Shown here piece after piece: positions 13,745-26,500 of a DNA stretch of 64,000 bases. The stretch covers positions 36,704,001 to 36,768,000 of the forward strand of contig NC_043003.1 of the NCBI RefSeq assembly GCF_006345805.1, given 5' to 3'. The position numbers and the translations under genes are program-made. Source of the DNA: Octopus sinensis. Its lineage: Eukaryota. The notes below the pieces were generated by a model. The model worked only from the letters and a program-made list of their open reading frames with translations, had not been told where the DNA came from and made no database searches. How positions within the stretch are numbered: position 1 is the stretch's first letter; the number at the start of each line of letters is the position of its first letter.

Positions 13745-14705
13745 CTCCTCTGTGTTTAGCCTCTTGTGGGTTGTAAAGAAATAGGTATTTCGTCTGCCGC
13801 TAGGTTCTGAGTTCAAATTCTGCCGAGGTCAACTTTGTCTTCCATCCTTTCGGGGACGATAAATCATGTACCAGTTACTCACTGGAGTAGATTTAATCGA
13901 CTTCATCCCTTTGTATGTCATTGTTTAGCCCCTTGTGGGCAATAAAGAAACAAGAAACGTTAGCACACCGAACGAAATGCTTAACGGTATTTCGTCTGCC
14001 GCTACGTTCTGATTTCAAATTCCGCCAAGGTCGACTTTGCGTTTCATTCTTTCGGGGTCGATTAAATAAGTACCACTTACGCACTGGGGTCGATATAATC
14101 GACTTAATCCGTTTGTCTGTCCTTGTTTGTTCCTTCTGCGTTTAGCCCCTTGTGGGTAGTAAAGAAATAGATATTTCTTTTGCCGCTACGCTCTGAGTTC
14201 AAATTCCGCCGAGGTCAACTTTGCCTTTCATCCTTTCGGGGTTGTTTAAATAAGTACCAGTTATGCACTGGGGTCGTTATAATCGACTTAATCCGTTTGT
14301 CTGTCCTTGTTTGTCCTCTCTGTGTTTAGCCCCTTGTGAGTAGTAAGAAATAGAAATAGGTATTTCGTCTGCCGCTACGTTCTGAGTTCAAATTCCGCCG
14401 AGGTCGACTTTGCGTTTCATCCATTCGGGGTCGACTAAATATGTACCAGTTACGTACTGGGGTCGATATATCGGCTTAATCCGTTTGTCTGTCCTTGTTT
14501 GTCCCTTCTGTGTTTAGCCCCTTGTGGGTAGTAAAGAAATAAGTATTTCGTCTGTCTTTATGTTCTGAGTTCAAATTCCGCTCGATTTTGCCTTTCATCC
14601 TTTCAGGTTCGATAAATTAAGTGCCAGTTGTATACTGGAATCAATCTAATTGACTGGCTCCCTCCTCCAAAATTTCGGGCCTTGTGCCTAGAGTATAAAG
14701 ATTAT
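13745..14705 (+). mobile_element. SINE-A multimer train (about 5 units of ~184 bp)
   Basis: Tandem units joined at AAAGAAATAG|GTATTTCG and ending with a standard SINE-A 3' end. Confidence 0.9.
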
Positions 14706-15689
14706 TTCGTTGAGCAAGGCACAATTATATCCATCTTATATAGTCTTATAATAGATACATTTGCAATAGATACAAATGCTGGTGCAGCTCTCCATCGAGA
14801 TGTTATATCTTCACTGTTATGGGATATCAATGTTAGGAGCACCCAGAAAGTGTGTATTTCAAGTAGGAAATATATATATAAACCTTAAATAAATAATGAA
14901 AGCGGGTAGGGACTACGACATTATACTTGATTGTGAGTGACGCTGTCAATGGCCTGATGATAATTTTCTGTTGCCAATATATGCAATTTATCGACTGTAC
15001 ACGGGTAAGAATAAATGCACTAATAGACCACGCACGAATGAGGACTCCACTTCATGGTCGATCGACTTGATGCGAATAGCGACCAAGTTTACTTCAGTTC
15101 GCAACCTGCCCTCTTAAAACACAAAAAAATATACTGCATCTGAATAAAAGACAAAGTGTCCCAGAAGGGAACGTCTTCGGTCAGGAAAATCCTCACCCGA
15201 AGTTGATCTGTGATTTGACAAGGGAACCAAAAGGACGCGAATGAAATTCCACATGAAATAACCCGAATATCATACGCGTTGCAAAGACCTGCAATAGCTA
15301 AACTTAAAAGGGGAATGTTTTTATTGAATTTATTGAATTTTATGCATAAACGTTATGGAAAACAGGAAGTTGAAAGAAATCCGCATCGCCATGAGCCAAT
15401 AAACTGGAACCTGATGAAACTGATGAAAAGCTAACTAAAGGAACTTGATTTTAATATTTAATTCGGCAAACAAAACAAAAAAAAATCCTTATTGGTTTCA
15501 AGAGCCATTCATAACATACGCACATTCACATGCGTATGTATGTTTGTCTGTCTATCTATCTCTCTGTGTGTTTGTCAGTCTGTCTGTCTGTCTGTATGTA
15601 TGTATGTATGTACGGCTTTGACAGTTTGGATAAAAGTAAAAGAAAATATATATCATCGAAAAAAAGTTTTTCAAGTATCAACTAGATTA

Positions 15690-16130
15690 TGGCTGGCAGA
15701 TGACAGTTTGTTCAAAGTAGTCGCCCTCAACTTCCATCACGGCCTTAAGACGGCTCCATTATCGGGCACATACTGTACGTTCCTCGCTGTACCCCTGGGA
15801 ATATCTTCGAACACCTCCTTGATTTTGTCACCACCTCCGCCTTAGTATTGTAAGCAGAACGGTTGGTATCCTTCTGAACCATGTTCCAGATAGACTAATC
15901 CATGGGATTACTAACGAGGAGATTAAGGGGACCGTAACCGGAGCTGATGAAGTCGTATAAATTCCCCGACAACCATTTCTAACTCTTTCCGAAGATATGG
16001 CAAGGAGTTGCATTTTGCTGCCATACATATGGCCCTCTAGTAGCAACCGTCTTCCGCCAGAGATTGTCCAGTCTCCAGCAACTTCACATAGCTGTCTAAA
16101 ATGAGCCTAAGGCGCTGTTCAAATATGTGG
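15690..16130 (-). mobile_element. Tc1/mariner-superfamily transposase remnant (C-terminal catalytic half)
   Basis: PHIFEQRLRL..YVKLLET..RGPYVWQQNATPCH..NPMD..IWNMVQKDTNRSAYNTKAE..KIKEVFEDIP..RLKAVMEVEGDYFE; frameshifted. Confidence 0.8.
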
Positions 16131-16542
16131 GGATCAAATCCGGCATGCAGATGCAGTCAGAACGATTGATTAATCCCTTCCCGGCTGGTCACAGCCTCGT
16201 ATTCTCTGTTTCAGCTGTTCATGTCACGTCTTACATCCTTAATGTTCACAGAGCATTGAACAGCAGTCATAATGTTGGCATTTTAATACACCGCGGAATT
16301 TACATAATATACATACTAATTTTCCAATATCCAAATGGATTCCAGTCCTCCATGTCAGCTAACTCGTTCTCAATTTCAACTTTAATTGTTATGCTTTGCA
16401 ACACCGTTCACTATTCACCAGTACATCACGTTGTTCCTGAAAAAGGCAAAAATATTCAAATTTAGCTCGATTACTCTGTATATATGAATAGGTATATATA
16501 TGAATGTGTGCGCGCGCGTGAGTGTATGTGCGTAGATGGGTG

Positions 16543-16582
<40 letters not shown>

Positions 16583-17033
16583 GATAGATAGATAGAAAGA
16601 TAGATAGATAGATAGATAGACAGATAGATAAATAGATTGAGTGAGTGAGTGAGTCAGTGAGTGAGTGAGTGATTCATAAGTAGGTAGATATTATGCAATA
16701 TCCTAACCTCAAATTCATATACAACCCTAATAACTGTGATATACATACAAGTAAAATGCTTTCAAGTGACTCGGTTGTAAAGCAAATTATATCAAACATG
16801 GAGAGGTAACACGTAATAAGACAAACAAACGATGTAACAATTTAAAATATCGAGAAGACAACTCTAGGTAAGACCAACGTCTTGTTCTAATAATGATGAT
16901 GAAGATATTCAGATAAAAGAGAAACGACGAACCGTCAGAGACAGCCTCAAAGGAGACAATTCCAGAAAGAGAAAATCGAAATTAGAGCGACCACTGCAAA
17001 CAAGACCCACGATATGTAGTTCACCCAGTATAT

Positions 17034-17270
17034 TATTTCTTTATAGCCCACAGGGGGCTAAACATAGAGGAGACAAACAAGGACAGAGAAAGGGATTAAG
17101 TTGATTACATCGACCCCAGTGCGTAACTGGTACTTAAGTTATCGACCCCGAAAGGATGAAAGGTAAAGTCGACCTCGGCGGTATTTGTACTCAGAACGTA
17201 GCGGCAGACGAAATACCGTTAAGCATTTCGCTCGGCATGCTAACGATTCTACCAGCTGGCCTCCTTAAGC
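17034..17270 (-). mobile_element. SINE-A monomer (variant 3' end) with 13-bp TSD
   Basis: Exact TSD TCACCCAGTATAT at 17021-17033 and 17271-17283. Confidence 0.92.
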
Positions 17271-17815
17271 TCACCCAGTATATGTAGCTCACTCATCTCA
17301 CCGGAGACAAGAAGAAATTGGCGCATTTCGAATCCAAGATTAAATAATGCAGGGACGATGATCATGAAGAAGACAAAAACAGTAGGCAAGTTGAGGAAAT
17401 ATAAGGGAAAAATTTGTGAGAATCTGTGCTGTAGATTTCTGATTACCCAAGCAGTCAGTCCTTGACAAAGGGTGATATTGCATGCAGCACGGAGACCTGT
17501 TTTTAATTTATCTTCTTGATCACTCCAGATATTCCCGAGCAATTTCAGAAATATCCGTTCCCAGTATATGGAGTAGAAGATGATGAAATTTGTTGTGGCA
17601 TTCGAAACTTACCACTGTTTTTGGTTTTACTACTCGGCCGTGATTTGCTTTTATGCATTATATTTATATTTACATATATACATATTTATGCATACATGTA
17701 TGTAATGGTCTATGTAAATATTTACATGCATAGATACAAATACACACTCCCACACACTTACACGCACTCACACACATATACATATATGTATATATGTGTA
17801 TATATATATATATAT

Positions 17816-17907
<92 letters not shown>

Positions 17908-17918
17908 ATATATATATA

Positions 17919-18243
17919 GTGAAGGCGCATGGCTCAGTGGTTAGTGCGTCGAGCTTACGATCATGAGGTTGTGAGTTCGATTCCCGGACCGAACTGGGTG
18001 CTGTGTTGTTGAGCAAGACACTTTATTTCACGTTGCTCCAGTTCACTCAGCTGTAGAAATGAGTTGCGACATCACTGGTGCCAAGCTGTATCGGCCTTTG
18101 CCTTTCCCTTGGATAACACCAGTGGTGTGGAGAGGGGAGGCTGGTATGCATGGGCGACTGTTGGCCTTCCCGGACTTGTACCTGGGAGGGTAACTTTCTA
18201 GGTGCAATCCCATGGTTATTCATGACCGAAGGGGGTCTCCCTC
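17919..18243 (+). mobile_element. SINE-C (tRNA head, CORE/Meta-like central domain) inserted in (TA)n
   Basis: A box TGGCTCAGTGG, B box GAGTTCGATTCC, then GAGCAAGACACTTTATTTC..CAGCTGTAGAAATGAGT; TA repeats on both sides. Confidence 0.8.
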
Positions 18244-20589
18244 ATATATATATATATACATATATATATATCTGTGTGTGTGTGTGTATATGTGTGTGTA
18301 CGTATTTGAGTGCGTGTGGGCATAAATGTGTACGCACACACAAACACATATATGTGTGTATGTATATACATATGTCTGTAAGTATGGTGAGAACTGCATT
18401 CGTTTTCAGTAATTATGTACGCATATTATTACACGAGTAAACACTTTTTGGAACAACTTCTTCTAGACATACTGGACATTGTGGGAAATAAATATTATAC
18501 TTGCTTCGTCATCAACCATAATTTTCTGTTAATTTCCATATCAATGTTACTGATCCATTGTAAGAAATATATTTGTAAAGTAATCACATTAGAAGAGACG
18601 AAGCATATTTCAATGGTTAATACTTGAAAATGATTAATTACTTAAAATCTTAACTATTTTTTTATAACGATGACAATATAACGTGAGTAGAAACTGGAGG
18701 ACTAAAATGAATACGATACAGTAATTGGAATTTAAACTGTTATATATTTGACTTATTAAAAATTTATTGAGAATAATAATTCAGAATCTTGCTGCCTTTC
18801 ATTCGATTTGCAATGATCAGTTATGCTTTATTGAATCAAAGAATGGACTAGTGAAATAGCGAAAGAATTATAACGTGAACGAATTAATTTTGGCAATCTT
18901 TTTATGCAATTAGTTTTATTAAATATTTTAAGAAAGTTGAGTTTAATTCGATATGGTGTGTATACACGTGATTCACTTTCTGAATTTAACTTTAAATATC
19001 TTTATTCAGAAAAATTGTCCTTTGAGTTCGACGTCCGCTAAATAATATCTTAGTTCACACTTATTATATGCATCGAGAAAATCACAATACATTGATCTTT
19101 AGACAACTCAGACGTTATTCAGTGAAAACTAAACAAAGAGGTCAATACAAAAAGAGATTTTGTGATAATATTATGAAAATATTTGAAGCTGGGGAAGCTA
19201 CTTTAATATACATCGTTTTCTACTAAAATTATGATTGGTACTTTTATATTAAGAACCGTGTTTTATAATCGAAATATTGTGAAATGAGGTAGAAGTGATG
19301 GTAGACGGCGAGAATCACTTTAATTATTAGCTTGGATGCAAAGATGAAAGATATAATTTGCACTGGAGTTTGTGAAATACAGCATAGTTTCTGGTTTCAC
19401 AATTGCGTCTAGTGATTATGAAATCGACGACTAAGGTTAAAATGCTAGTACCATTAAAAATGTCATCTATATCTATTAAGTAGCTATATGTGTTTTCTAT
19501 AATTGTTTTAACCAAATTAGAAGTGAACGAAGATGCTAGGTCATGAATGGAAAGAAGTTTTTACGAAATGACAACGTCATTTTAACGACATGTAGTAATG
19601 AAATGTAACTAATAGGTAACAAGTCCTAGCAACACGTTAATGTGTGGTTATTAATTCTTTGAAATAAAGATGGAACTCATTCTGCCAATGAATATTTTGG
19701 AGTGAATATCACAGACGGGAGATTGTTGTTGCCGTTCTTGTGGAGTTCCAGGTCAGCTTTAATCGAACAGGATTATAAGTTTCTGACAGATGACCAAACC
19801 ACAAGAAACGCACAGCAGAACCACTTTCCCAGCTATAACACGACGCCATGTAGCTTACAACCACATTGTATACTCCACCATCAGCGATGAAAATTATCAG
19901 GTGATCGAAAAATTCTGGATATATTTTTCCAATGTTTGTTCAATGTTTTCCTACGCACTTTAACTAACAATCATTGTTCCTCTGCACCAAGTATTGTAGA
20001 AGTTCATCCTAACACAGTGTTTCCAATCAGGGACGTTATTGATGTAACTTCTATTTGTCTGTGCAAACGCTCCTTGTACATGACTGAGTCGAGTAAAAGT
20101 GATTCAGTAGTAAACTTACAAAATGCGGTGTATGCATATGGGTGTTTAGAAGTGGCTTACTTTGGTAATAAAAGCATGAAATATCGTGAGATTCAAGAGC
20201 AGAGTTGGGAAAGAGGACTATCATTTTGGAGAGGAAGGTGAGATAAATGTCTCCACTGCTAGAGTATACATATTCGATGAATTACTGCTGATTTGAAGTA
20301 TTCGAACCTGAAATAATTAACGATTGAGGTACCAAATATATTCCTCACACACAGAATCTCACACAGAGTAGCTGGAAGCCTTTGTTGCTGATATTCAGTT
20401 GAGAGCGTGAGATTGGGAACGTGCATTTGTACTGGTACCACAATGCAGAGCGATTTTATTTTTTTTGTAAAAAATGTAGCACAGGCAGGATGATAATAAG
20501 GATTTAAACAATGGAAACTCGACAGCGCAAGATCTGCGATTTTCGTGTTAATGAGGAAGATATGTGGGGTCTAAGTTTGATTGGCTGTC

Positions 20590-21320
20590 AAGGATATAGG
20601 ATGAAAGAAAAGGTAGTTGCCGAGTGTGGAGCATTTGGTAACTAAAGTACGGATCACTCGATTTACGAGTATATGATATAAAACTATATTACTTATCAGT
20701 ATCCAGCTCTTTGATGAAATGAAAGACTTGCTCGTTGGATTACACGGTGGACTGGTATATGTTCAGTTAACGTAATTCTGAAGTAAAATCAGTAGTCCAT
20801 GGCCTCAATGAAGTAGAAGAAGAATGAGTTTTTCAAGTATACTGGCCAAGATCTGTAGACGATGTACACCTTCCAACAAACTTTCTTTGAAGTGATGAGG
20901 CCATATTTAATTGAAATGGCTTAACTAACCTCCATATTTGCAGCTCCTCCGGTCCTAAGAATCGGCATACTTCGAAGAAATAGGATTTTAATTTACCAAG
21001 AGTTCCAACATGGCGCAGCATTTCATCTAAAAGATGAATAAGAGCATTCCTTTTGACGGTATTGTTACAGGATCCATTTACTTGAACCTGCTGCTACAAT
21101 CTGTCACGCCATGTATTCAAGAGAAGATGTGGTGTTTTATTTCCAAAAGGACGGGTCTTTCCCATACACAACCATACTAATGTAAGGACCTAAAACTGAT
21201 GAGATTTATCCAAACAGGTGTTAACTTTCACCGGATTTCGTTTCACTAGATTGTTTAGCGCGGATTATTAAGCGATGGCAACAGTCAACGAATAGCAGGC
21301 AGCCATTCAACGAGAATGTG
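20590..21320 (+). mobile_element. Tc1/mariner-superfamily transposase remnant
   Basis: VVHGLNE..FL*SDEAIFN*NGLTNLHIC..NLPRVPTWRSISS..DGIVTGSIYLNLL..FYFQKDG..DEIYPNR..SPDFVSLD: all three catalytic-Asp motifs occur in order. Confidence 0.7.
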
Positions 21321-21532
21321 CGGTAATACTGAACGAAAAGTTTCTTTATGTTAACCAAAAAAAATTCACATTATCAAAAGTGGCAGCACCAGAACGTTAA
21401 TTAGTTCGAAAATGGACATCCATAATAATAGAATATTCCCTGTAGGTCCTATTAAATTTTGAGTATGAAATATATATTAACAAACATCGTATTTATAACA
21501 ATTCAATATATGCTGCCCTTCCTGGAACACAG

Positions 21533-21584
<52 letters not shown>

Positions 21585-21599
21585 ATATATATAATATAT

Positions 21600-21678
<79 letters not shown>

Positions 21679-21679
21679 T

Positions 21680-22235
21680 ATATTACTCTTTTACTTGTTT
21701 CAGTGATTTGACTGCAGCTCTGCCGGAGCACCGTCTTTAGTCGAGCAAATCAATCCCAGGACTTATTGTTTGTAAGCCTAGTACTTATACAATCGTTCAC
21801 TTTTGCAGAATCACTAAGTTACGGTAATGTAAACACTCCAACATCGTTTGTCAAGTGAATGTGGGAGAACAAAACACAGACACCCTAACACACCCACCCA
21901 CACCCACATATATATATATATATATAACTTATAAAATAAGGGCAAAAGAAAAAAATTAGAATTTGTTTCTGTGGCCCTTATTTTATAAGTTATTTATAAA
22001 TTTAACCTTTTAAGGTATTTTTTAATATGTTGGCCACTGATAAAATTTTTTTCGAAAAATTTTGTGCTATATTAGATGTATATATATATGGCGGGCTTCT
22101 TTCAGTATCCGTCTACCAAATCCATTCACAAGGCTTTGGGCGGCACGGGGCTAGAGTACACTTGCCGAAAATGCTACGAATCAGAAACCATGTGTTTGGG
22201 AAGCAAGCTTCTTACCACACAGCCACTCCTGCACC
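21680..22235 (-). mobile_element. SINE-B (tRNA-headed, internal TA/TG microsatellite), interrupted
   Basis: 5' part 22090-22235; 3' part 21680-21900 ending GGTGCTCC..GCAGTCAAATCACTGAAACAAGTAAAAGAG; AT-rich insert between. Confidence 0.8.
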
Positions 22236-22329
22236 TATGTATATATAAGTATATATTTTGCAATATAAGTATGTGTGTGTGTATGTGTGTTTATATGTGT
22301 ATGTATGTGTATATGCATGTATATATACA

Positions 22330-22945
22330 TCATTGGAAAATGTATGAAATCCTTGATACAATTATGCATATTTGAAAAAGGAAAAGAATGACTTCACTGG
22401 AAATTCTAATTAATTTAATTTTCTAATAATAAAAGTTAATTTTACAGTTTGGTTTGTAGATCTAGAAAGTTCTTTGTTAACATCGATTTGGGAGATTTTT
22501 TTAAAGATTCCTTGTTGTTAACTTTTCTGGAGAACTTTCTTGCGTACGTCAGTGGTGGTTGTCAAACTTATCTTCAGATTGTATTGTGCTGTGTGATTTT
22601 TTAAAAAGAAATTCGGGTACGTCTGGGTCGGGGTTGTAGTTTGCTAATAACATGTGTGAGAGTGAAGGATTGGTGATGAATCAGAGCTAGAAGAAAATAG
22701 TAAATGGTAAAAACAAGGTAACTGATTGAGTGTGAAATTGGGAGGCGGCGGGGTGTTTAAGGAGTGTTTAATGACGGGCTTGTGAAAGGGTCCTTTTGTT
22801 GGTCCCATTTGAATAGTTGAGTTTTGGTGGAAAATATAATGGTCAGATGTTTTTCAAATTCATTTATGGCTGAATCAACTTTAAGGATGTTAAAACTGTA
22901 TTGGACGGCTCGAAGTTCCAGGGTGTTAATGGGTTGTAGGTGGCG
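22330..22945 (-). mobile_element. Unclassified repeat, possibly a Penelope-like 3' remnant
   Basis: Short coding-like LELRAVQYSFNILKVDSAINEFEKHLTIIF followed by a non-coding tail with a decayed CTGA...GAAA-like segment; sharp junction with the Dong fragment. Confidence 0.3.
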
Positions 22946-23000
22946 TGTAGGTGGTGTTGATCTTGTAGGTGGTGTTGATCTTGTAGGTGGTGTTGATCTT

Positions 23001-23505
23001 GTAGGTGCTGTTGAGATAGGTTATTGGTCGATAGTTCTTAGTATTTTCCATGTCTTTCGGTTTTGGTAGAAGGTATGTTGCTCCTTCGGTCAGCGAGGCA
23101 GGTATTTGTTCTGGAGCACAATTTTAGTGTACCTCTGTCAAATAATTCAGCCAGAAATTAGGGATCCGGTGCAGGCCAAAGGTTCTCCATTTGTGAGCTT
23201 TTCTAAGAACACATCTTAGCTCTTCTACTCCTATAGCTTCCCAATTCTGTTCTTCAACATCATCCATTCTCACGTTCAATCAAGTGAGCTTCAGCATTAT
23301 ATTATTTTTGTTTCTCCATATCTTCTTCCATAGCTCTTCCATTTCCTTAGTCTTCCCTATAAATTTTTTGGCATCCGTCTTGAATACCTTGATTTGTCGA
23401 TAAAATTTGATTCCTTTGTCATACCATATGAGCCTTTGGGCTTTCAGTTGTATTCGTGGTTTCACTAGTTCCTTGCTTGCAGGGAGGTTTATAAAATCCT
23501 TGGGG
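23001..23505 (-). mobile_element. Older degenerate R4/Dong fragment (pre-RT region)
   Basis: Frameshifted translation KAQRLIWYDKGIKFYRQIKVFKTDAKKF..EELWKKIW..EEQNWEAIGVEELRCVLRKAHKW..IPNFWLN..KNYRPITYLNSTYKI aligns to residues ~400-585 of the intact ORF. Confidence 0.8.
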
Positions 23506-23508
23506 GTA

Positions 23509-23509
<1 letters not shown>

Positions 23510-23564
<55 letters not shown>

Positions 23565-26500
23565 TATGTTTGATTTTTGCTTTATATTTGTACAAGTTGG
23601 CTCCAAGTCTCACCCAGAGACCTCAAGAGACAACAGGGTTGGAAGTTCATGTTGTTGTTATGCCTAGTGTGCCATATATTTGGGGGGTGGGGATGTTGTA
23701 CTAATGAATGTCTAAAAAAAAAGGTTTTTTTTTTTTTTAAACCGAAAATTATGTTTGTTTTAAACCTTGGGATTACATAGAGAGTATTTTGCGTAGGATA
23801 TGAGCAGTTCCCATGAGCACTATCTTTTGAACTTCTGCCATTTTTGGGTTTCCTGGTATCTGAGTTAGGTAGCTATCAGCCCCTTTTGCTATCATTCCCA
23901 GGGCACCTATGACAACAGGTATTGTTTTAGTCTTCAGCTTCCACATTTTGCTGATTTCTATTTCAAGATCTTTATATTTGCTCAGTTTTTGGTAGGTCTT
24001 GACAGATACGTTTATATCGATTGGGACAGTCATATCAATGGGGAGGCATGTTCTTTGTTTGAAGTCTTTCAATATGATGTCTGGCCTATTTGCATCTATC
24101 TTCCTGTCAGTTTGAATGGTGAAGTTCCAGAGGAGTGAGATGTGGTCATTTTCAAGCACTGGGGGTGGTTTGTGTTCCCACCAGTTTTTTTCATGGGGCA
24201 AATCCAGGTTTTTACAGATTACCCAGTGAATATATTGTGCAGCTCTATCGTGCCTGTTGAGATACTCTGTAGGCGCTAGAAGACTGCACTTGGAGACCAC
24301 ATGGTCAATGGTTTCATTTTGTTGCTTGCATACACAACACGTTGGACTGCTTCTGATCTTTAATATGTTGGCCTGGTAGTTTCTTGTTGGTAGGCATTGA
24401 TCTTGAGCTGCTATGATAAACCCCTCTGTTTCAGATTTTAAGCCAGAGGCCATTAGCCATTGATGGGTCAGGGCTTTGTCGATATCTGCATTATTCGCTC
24501 TCTTTGGGTATTTGCCATAGAGAGGTTTTTCTTGCCATTTATTATTCAGAATATCTAAGGCCGCAGTTTTGGCACGGGTTTTCATGCGCCTAGCATTTTC
24601 TGTGCTTGTTTCTTGTATATCTATATCTAATTCCGAAATTGGTTGTATTCGGAATTCACTTAGATATTCCTTTGCCTGTTTTGTGACTGAGTATGATGCT
24701 TTCTTGTTTTCATGTTTTGAGACAAGTTTTAATATCCAGTCCTCAGAGTTTTTCAGGTAGGTGTCTAGGCCAATTGTAGCAATCTTCATTGTTATTGCCA
24801 GTTGCAAAAGACCACGGCCTCCCTCTTTTCTTGGCAGATAGAGTCGTTCTGTATCTGCCTTAGGGTGGTGCATTCTATGCATTGTCAACAGTTTCCTTAT
24901 TTTTCTGTCGAGCTGACATATTTCAGTAATTGACCAGTTAACAATATTGAAACTGTAAGTCACGACTGGTATAGCTAATGCATTGATTGCTTCGATCCTG
25001 TTTCTTGCATTCAGCTCTGTCTTGAGTATTGCTCTCACTCTTCGATAGCATTCTCTCCTGATCCTTTCCTTCATCTCTGAATGCCTTATTCCGTTCCCTT
25101 CAATTACCCCTAGGTACTTGTAGCTCTCCGCTGGATCTAGTTCTTTTATGACATTCTGTTGGTCAAGGTTAACGTTAGATGTTTCTGTCATTTTTCCTTT
25201 GATAAAGGTAGCCTTTGCACATTTTTCGAGGCCGAATTGCATTCTGATGTCGTCACTGAATTGTTTGACTATCGCTAGTAAGCCCTTGAGTTGTTGATCA
25301 TTTTTTGCAAAAAGCTTTAAATCATCCATGTAAACGAGATGATTTATATTTTTATCAAACATTTTATACCCGTACTGCGCGTCATTGAGCAGCTTTGAGA
25401 GAGGTATTAAGGATAAACAAAAGAGGAGTGGTGACAGTGAGTCACCCTGGAAAATGCCACACGAAATTTTTACATCACCAGCATTTAGGGATTCACTGTC
25501 ACTGTTCAGAGTTAGTGTGGTTCTCCATGATCTCATACTTACAGTCAAGAAGTTTCGCAGAGTTGGTGCTATCTTATACATTTCAAGGCATTTCCTAATC
25601 CAGCTATGTGGTAGGCTATCAAAAGCCTTTTTATAGTCTATCCAGGCTATTGATAAGTTTTTGTGTCGTTTGTGACAATCTTCTAAGATCATCTTATTGA
25701 TGAGTAGTTGGTCTTTACAGCCGTAGGATCCACGTTTACATCCTTTCTGTTCATTAGGGAATATGCTGCTGTCTGTTAAAAAACTATAGGTATATTCCGT
25801 CAGGACAGATGTTAGTGTTTTGTACATAGTTGTTAAGCAGGTTATGGGTCTATAGTTTTTTGATTCATTTGTTTCTTCACTTTTTGGAAGCAGGAATGTT
25901 AACCCATTAACTAGCCAAGGAGGCATCCTACTAGGGTGTTGCAAAACATCATTGTACAGTTCTGTTAGCAGTTCATGGCTCTCTGGGAAGGCATTCAGCC
26001 AGAAGTTAGGAATTTTATCCTTTCCTGGAGACTTCCATTTGCTTGACCTCCTGAGAGCAGATCTTATATCTTCTACCTTGACACCCTCCCACTTTTGCTC
26101 TTCTAAGGGGTCCAGTTCTGTAGATATTCTGTCAATCCAGGGGGCCTTTTCGTTGTGTGTTTTTTCTTCTGCCCAGATTTTATTCCAAAATCTCTGCACT
26201 TCTTCTTTTGATGGTACAGACCCTGCAGTAAACGCTGTTTTTCCTATCTTCCTGTAAAAATTCTTGGTGTTATTTTTGAACATGTTGTTGTCCTTGAAAA
26301 ATCTAACACGCTTTTCATACCTCGCTATGCGGGCAGCTTTGGCAGATACCTTTTGTTTGATGGTTTCTATGGTGGCATCAATATCAAGTATAGTTTTCAT
26401 ATTGTATTTTTTCAGTAATCTTTGGGTTTTTGTAGGTTTGGTAGTCTTGTGAGCCTTAAGGTTTTTCAAATATTCAATGTCAGATCTAAATATTTTAATT

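Noticed and set aside
13745-14705. Regularly spaced repeats resembling a CRISPR array or satellite
   Set aside because: Units are ~184-bp SINE bodies with no unique spacers, the context is eukaryotic and there are no cas genes.
20833-21090. ~86-codon minus-strand open frame (..NALIHLLDEMLRHVGTLGK..)
   Set aside because: It is the antisense shadow of the plus-strand Tc1/mariner transposase remnant.
21190-21225. CTGATGA-GATTTATC-CAAAC-AGGT-GTT hammerhead-like string
   Set aside because: It lacks G12, has no stem I, and lies inside the transposase coding remnant.
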